The notes beneath the pieces were generated by a model that was not told where the DNA came from, ran no database searches, and worked only from the letters and a program-made list of their open reading frames with translations. A stretch of DNA of 38,491 nt from Orbicella franksi (Eukaryota): assembly GCA_964199315.1 (NCBI GenBank), contig OZ116700.1:19654001-19692491 (forward strand), read 5' to 3'. Shown here piece by piece: positions 34,701 through 38,491 of the stretch (its first letter is position 1; the number at the start of each line of letters is the position of its first letter). Both the position numbers and the translations under genes were made by a program.

Positions 34701-35418
34701 GAGAACCATAAAATTTGACTAAAATCTTGTGAGATCCAGAGTTTTTGAAGGACAATTCACCACCCCTAGCATTTCAATTCAATTCTTTACTTACACTATA
34801 AAGGGCATTTACATACATTTTATAAGGTAAAGTAATGAAAATAGTAAAAATTTAGAATATTAAGCCGTAATGAAATAAAATTCATATGTGAGTGCTGACC
34901 AAAGTGGCAAGTCAAGAGCTTTCTGGTAAATGGAAGCATAATAAATTAATTTAGCCAAGGGGAAAACTAGATCTGCATACACTACATTACAACATACATA
35001 CACTACATTCACACTTACATAGCAACAAAATCAAGCAGCAAAAGTTTGATTATTCAGAATCTAACTTGTTAGTTATCATGTGCAAGAGAATAGAGGGAGA
35101 AACAACAGCCTCTCTTTCTATATGTTAACTGCAATAATAACAATTACTTTACTATTACAACCTTTTTCAAACAGTAGTATCAAGTTGAAACAGATCAGCA
35201 CAGACTAACAATTAAATTCCATTCGATAAACGGCCTACCAATGATGGTAAAATTGGGTCCTTCTCTCCCTTTGCAAACCAATTTCCCCAACCATTTGCTG
35301 AGGAAGAATTAGAACTTTGACCATTTTGAATATTCCCGGAAGAAGACGAGCCGTTTTTCGATCTAGATCCAAAAGAAGCAAAATCCTTAAGAGCAGATAT
35401 TTTCCCTTCCAAATCCAT
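25758..35418 (-). CDS. SFT2D3: Vesicle transport protein SFT2 (SFT2D3/SFT2C-like), ~204 aa. Exons 35418-35239, 33337-33272, 29877-29792, 28156-28039, 27553-27495, 25863-25758
   Basis: Spliced translation ...PSLSQTQRIMGFFLFLLLGIFCFVMAGFIAPVMILKARKFVLLYTMGSLFTIGSFSLLWGPVNHVKHLCSLERLPFTAAYFGSMFATLY...QILALIWYFVSYIPGGTTGMKFF shows the Got1/Sft2 family motifs. Phases 0,0,2,0,2 are consistent; CDS 615 nt. Confidence 0.93.
26795..27020 (+). mobile_element. Highly degenerate Penelope-like RT C-terminal relic in an SFT2 intron
   Basis: With frameshifts: TFVTT..HPSVCDLRKTFINNWVTIQNQLLLNTIYTKHSTISYRCPK..DALVK, resembling the PFVTTYHP...LK..L...W..IQNQP.L..I...PP.ISY......D.LV.AK tail of PLE ORFs as I recall it. 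Confidence 0.55.
27738..27940 (-). mobile_element. Decayed tRNA-derived SINE
   Basis: Minus strand begins AGTGGCCTTAAGGGTTAG (A-box-like), then a degenerate B-box GGGCTCCAGCCC, followed by CTTGGGCAAGACAC and GCTGGGGGTAACCCTGTGAT...TCCCAACCAGGGGGG...ATACTCCTAGTCAC, a body typical of aquatic-invertebrate SINEs. Confidence 0.6.
29142..29652. mobile_element. MITE with GGTAATTGTGAAGAAGAGCTCCCTG-type TIRs and internal CTGTCGGT/GACAG repeats
   Basis: Left GGTAAT(aattat)TGTGAAGAACAGCTCCTG versus right CAGGGAGCTCTTCTTCACAATTACC, with multiple short subterminal repeats. Confidence 0.65.
30527..30939. mobile_element. Tc1/mariner (pogo/Tigger-like) MITE, decayed
   Basis: Termini CAGTGGAACCC / GGGTTCAACTG. 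The expected TA duplications are mutated (TG / TT). Confidence 0.6.
31102..33081 (+). mobile_element. Internally deleted hAT-like DNA transposon (1980 bp) with a 6-bp target duplication, in an SFT2 intron
   Basis: TIRs CAGAGTTCTCC / GGAGAACCCTG (10/11), flanked by CCTTTG on both sides (31096-31101, 33082-33087). A short ATG exon at 31445-31520 (MKRKTQQSLLSAWDKLKRNRDDTNE, GTAAG donor) resembles a transposase first exon. Confidence 0.7.
31860..32597. mobile_element. Long-TIR (~200 bp) non-autonomous element nested inside the hAT-like element
   Basis: 31860-32058 is the reverse complement of 32397-32597 at roughly 90% identity (TGAAGGCTTTCATGCA...CTTTTGGAG). Confidence 0.85.
33790..33860. mobile_element. 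Terminal fragment of a hAT-like element
   Basis: Ends TTGGCGACCGTATCGGTCACAATTTCGAGCCCTG (reverse complement CAGGGCTCGAAATT). No matching opposite end found. Confidence 0.45.
34033..34068. repeat. (TACATTG)n short tandem repeat
   Basis: TACATGTACATTGTACATTGTACATTGTACATTGTA. Confidence 0.85.
34523..34667. mobile_element. hAT-like MITE (145 bp) with a 5-bp target duplication
   Basis: TIRs CAGGGACAGATCT / GGATCTGCCCCTG (11/13), flanked by GAGAC on both sides (34518-34522, 34668-34672). Confidence 0.8.
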
Positions 35419-36007
35419 ATCTTTCGACTATCTTTTCAATACTTTACTGTCTACTTGTCTACGAAAATCGCGGGCTCAAAAGGAAACTCGGTACAACTCA
35501 CTTAACACCAGACTCCTCTCGTTGAATAAATCACAGTGAGTCATCTATAGCTATGAATAATTCTAGTTGGTCATTGCTATATATAACTTAACGAGGATTT
35601 TAAAATCTTTGATAATAAGTAGCCCCCATTTTTCTTTCAATAGATCATGTTCTATACCATTTTTCTACCTTCCAGAAAAAATGAAAACATTTAAAATTCT
35701 TTCTCCATGCATCATCAGATCGAAGTTTGCTCTTTTGAGCTCTTCATTTTAATGACTGTACGATGGTTTCAAATGCTTCTTTGAGAATTTGAGAATTGTT
35801 AACCCAACATACCCACTTGTGCAAAATATACTTGGATACTTGCCTCTCACGAATCACCTTCTGCGATAGGGACCTGAGAGAAATGTGAATGCTGAGATAA
35901 CCTGCGCCAAATTTATCAAAGCAAGGTATTTTTCTACGCGCTCTCGCTACCATCTGACAACGTATTACCCATGGACTAATCAACTAATTCCAAGGGCTGC
36001 AAGGGAC

Positions 36008-36135
36008 ACTTCCGTACCGGAAGTTATTTCCCGCCATTAAAAATCAACTCGATATATATCAACCTCATTTATATCCTCCACCTAACCTTACTTTAGTATA
36101 TGACGTCATTGGAAAGGCCAAGGGCAACATGGCGG
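36008..36135. promoter_or_regulatory. Candidate bidirectional promoter between SFT2 (-) and the UBL-UBL-SH2 gene (+)
   Basis: Inverted ETS-like pair ACTTCCG (36008-36014) and ACCGGAAGT (36016-36024), YY1-like CCGCCATT (36031-36038) and CAACATGGCGG (36125-36135), CRE TGACGTCA (36101-36108) with overlapping ATTGG. Located between divergent ATGs at 35418 and 36381. Confidence 0.5.
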
Positions 36136-36380
36136 ATGAAATGTTGAACGGTCTGCAGCCAGCTACCTTTTGACGGTATATTGTACACACAGAAGTGCGA
36201 GCTTAGATAGCTTCGTAACTGATTTTTTAGTTTTTCCTGCCTGACTTTTACCATCACGCAAATGAAATAAGGCCAACCTTGAGATCAGGACGTGAACAAG
36301 TTCAGCGAATGAATGAATGAATCAATGAACTTAACCTAATTGGGTTTATTAGGCGTCCCTAAGAGATTCTGCGATTCAAC

Positions 36381-37561
36381 ATGCAGATTTTCGTGAATCT
36401 GTTAAACGCAAAGAAGATTGTGGTGGAGGTGGAACCTTTGGATACCGTGGAAACCCTGAAGAATAAGATCTCAGAAGCAACGGGACTTCCACTACCTGCC
36501 CAATCTCTCAACGCGCAAAATGGCGCTAAGATCGAAAATGGCCGTCGCATTTATCTGGGAGATTTGATAAAGCCAAACACAATCATCAATTTGGCTCGCA
36601 AACGGGATGCATCGTTATCTTCGTTTTATGTCAATGCTGTGACAGAAGCGGGGAGAGTTTTAACTGTAATTCCTGAGGGAGGGAACTCTTCAAGTGTCCA
36701 GAATTTGAGAAGTAAATTATCGACAATGCTGGATCTACCAGCAGACAGCATGTTTCTGCGTCTGGTGGATTTGTCTCGTTTCGTGAATAAGGGTTTAGTG
36801 GTATTATTTAACAGTATGGAGGAGTGTGGTGTGGTCAGTGGTTCTGTTTTGTACGTGCAAATTCATCCATGGAAAGAAGAGTAAGTTTAAAATATAAAGA
36901 AAAATAAAGGCTAAAGTGTACGTGATCCGGTTAATGCAAATTAATCAGTGTGTGATTTTATTTATATTAGAAAAACAATATTTAGTTTCGTGATGTGGTC
37001 AAAAATATAAATTCTAAAAAAGGAAAAAAATTCTTAGCATTTCTAATTTATTATAGTAATACAAGAGTGACCATGAGTGGTCATTCCCCAATGTCCCCAA
37101 AATATGGTCCAGCGCCCGGGTGCAGCGAAATATTGACACTGTTAGACTTAACAAGTTTTATCTTTATTTTTATTTGCATTTTCATTTTAATTACCCGTTC
37201 TGTTTTATTAAATAAAATGAAATTTTAAATTTCATGACTGACATATACAAATCATGTACATGTATGGATCTCTATACTGCACCTACAGTTTTTAGGATGT
37301 AATAACCATCAAAATATCAAAATCTATACATGTATTTATGAAAAACACAGAATAACTTATGACTAAGTGTTTCAGCATTTGTTAACACATTTTTACTTAG
37401 TGATATTTCTTCGCTAAATGTACTCTTCTTCTTTTTTACAGTTGGTTCCATGGGAAAATAACTCGTGACCAGGCAGAACAAGTTATGTCTTCTGCTACTA
37501 ATGGACAGTTCCTGGTCAAAGAGAGCCTGACCTTTCCTGGTGATTATGTTCTCTTTGTTTG
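36381..37561 (+). CDS. 5' part of a gene encoding two ubiquitin-like domains fused to a Csk-type SH2 domain (exon 1 36381-36880; exon 2 37442-37561; continues beyond the LINE, probably outside the window)
   Basis: Exon 1 starts MQIFVNLLNAKKIVVEVEPLDTVETLKNKI (ubiquitin-like), and a second, more diverged UBL follows. Consensus donor GA|GTAAGT at 36880/36881 (phase 2), acceptor TTTTTTACAG|T at 37441/37442. Exon 2 reads (D)[39 protein letters not shown], close to Csk [36 protein letters not shown]. Confidence 0.8.
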
Positions 37562-37577
37562 GTAAGTTTGTCTTTTT

Positions 37578-38491
37578 TGCAAGTTGTTCGATTGGTTAAC
37601 GGCTAATAAATTAACCTTAAATATTAAAAAAACAAATTTTGTTATCTTTAGACCAGCTCAGAGAAAACTCACTTATCATCCCAAAATTATGATATTCGAT
37701 AATGATCAACAAAAGAATGTGGCTCTAGAATGTAAAGAATTTGTGAGATATCTAGGTGTAATAATTGACAATAATCTTTCTTGGAAACATCATATTGATC
37801 ATGTAGCTATTAAAATAAGCCGAACTGTAGGATTGATTTGTAAACTACGGCACTTTCTGCCAAGACAAACTCTTTTAACTATTTATAGATCCTTAGTTAC
37901 TCCTTATTTAACTTATGGTTTGGTGGCCTGGGGCCAAGCATATAAATCACACCTTGAAAAGCTTCTCAAGCTCCAAAAGCGAGCTCTTCGCTTTATTTAT
38001 TTTTCTGAGCGAAATCAACATACGATTCCTTTATTTATTGATGCCGGTGTTTTACCGTTAAAATTTTTGTATTATGAGCTTTTAGCTAACCTTATGTTTG
38101 AAATAAGACACAGAAATGCTCCTGGAAACATTCAAGATCACTTTCAAGACATTTCTGATATTCATTCTTACAATACTCGATGCTCTGTCTCAAATAATTT
38201 TTACACACAAAGTTCTAGACTCTCAATTCAAGTGAATTCATTTTCTAGAATCGGAACAAAAATTTGGAATGAAATGCCTATATATTTAAGAAAGCTTCCA
38301 AAAAAATGTCTTTAAGAGGAAAATAAAACAAACACTTTTTGAAATTCTAGCTTCAGAAGACTGTTATATTGATCTTACAGAAATCGTTCAAAAAGTAAAG
38401 TTGAATTTATTTTCCTCCTAGTATGTATTCATTAATACTCAATAATTTCGCTTTAGGGTATCTGTAGTCTGGTCGTAACTGTTGTTAATTA
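37578..38491 (+). mobile_element. 5'-truncated CR1/L2-group LINE (RT C-terminal region), intronic, sense orientation, running off the window end
   Basis: ORF 37584-38315 DWLTANKLTLNIKKTNFVIF..YLGVIIDNNLSWKHHI..LRHFLP..TLL.IY.SLV.PYL.YG..AWG..LQKRALR..HSYNTR..SF...G.KIWN is typical of CR1-group RT tails. One frameshift near 38310 continues FKRKIKQTLFEIL..ED.YID. Confidence 0.9.

Noticed and set aside
36381-36884. Polyubiquitin or conjugatable ISG15-like modifier
   Set aside because: Only partial identity to ubiquitin, no LRGG at either UBL end, and a consensus donor overlaps the stop codon.

Overview
AT-rich eukaryotic genomic DNA with GT-AG spliced genes. Gene content and repeat types point to a cnidarian, probably a stony coral (inference). 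I assembled six genes by hand, with splice phases consistent at every junction. (1) A complete 6-exon DEG/ENaC (ASIC-like) channel (+, 1336-5030). (2) An intronless type II membrane LicD/FKRP-like protein whose catalytic aspartates are mostly lost (-, 7673-8509). (3) A secreted protein with 7 ShKT domains and a mucin-like Ser/Thr/Pro linker, nearly all on phase-1 cassette exons (+, 10422-19249). (4) A C4orf33/UPF0462 homolog carrying a signal peptide (+, 20249-24103). (5) An SFT2D3-like vesicle transport gene (-, 25758-35418). (6) Divergent from it, a gene whose first exon encodes two ubiquitin-like domains without di-Gly, spliced in frame to a Csk-type SH2 exon with FLVKES in place of FLVRES (+, 36381 to beyond 37561; the rest probably lies outside the window). 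This UBL-UBL-SH2 fusion is the most novel-looking element. Mobile DNA includes three Penelope-like relics (two with minimal hammerhead ribozymes, one with an inverted pLTR), LINE fragments at both window ends, a tRNA-derived SINE, Kolobok/Harbinger/pogo/CACTA-like MITEs, and hAT-like elements with atypical 5- and 6-bp target duplications. No database searches were run; family calls rest on motifs recognised by eye.
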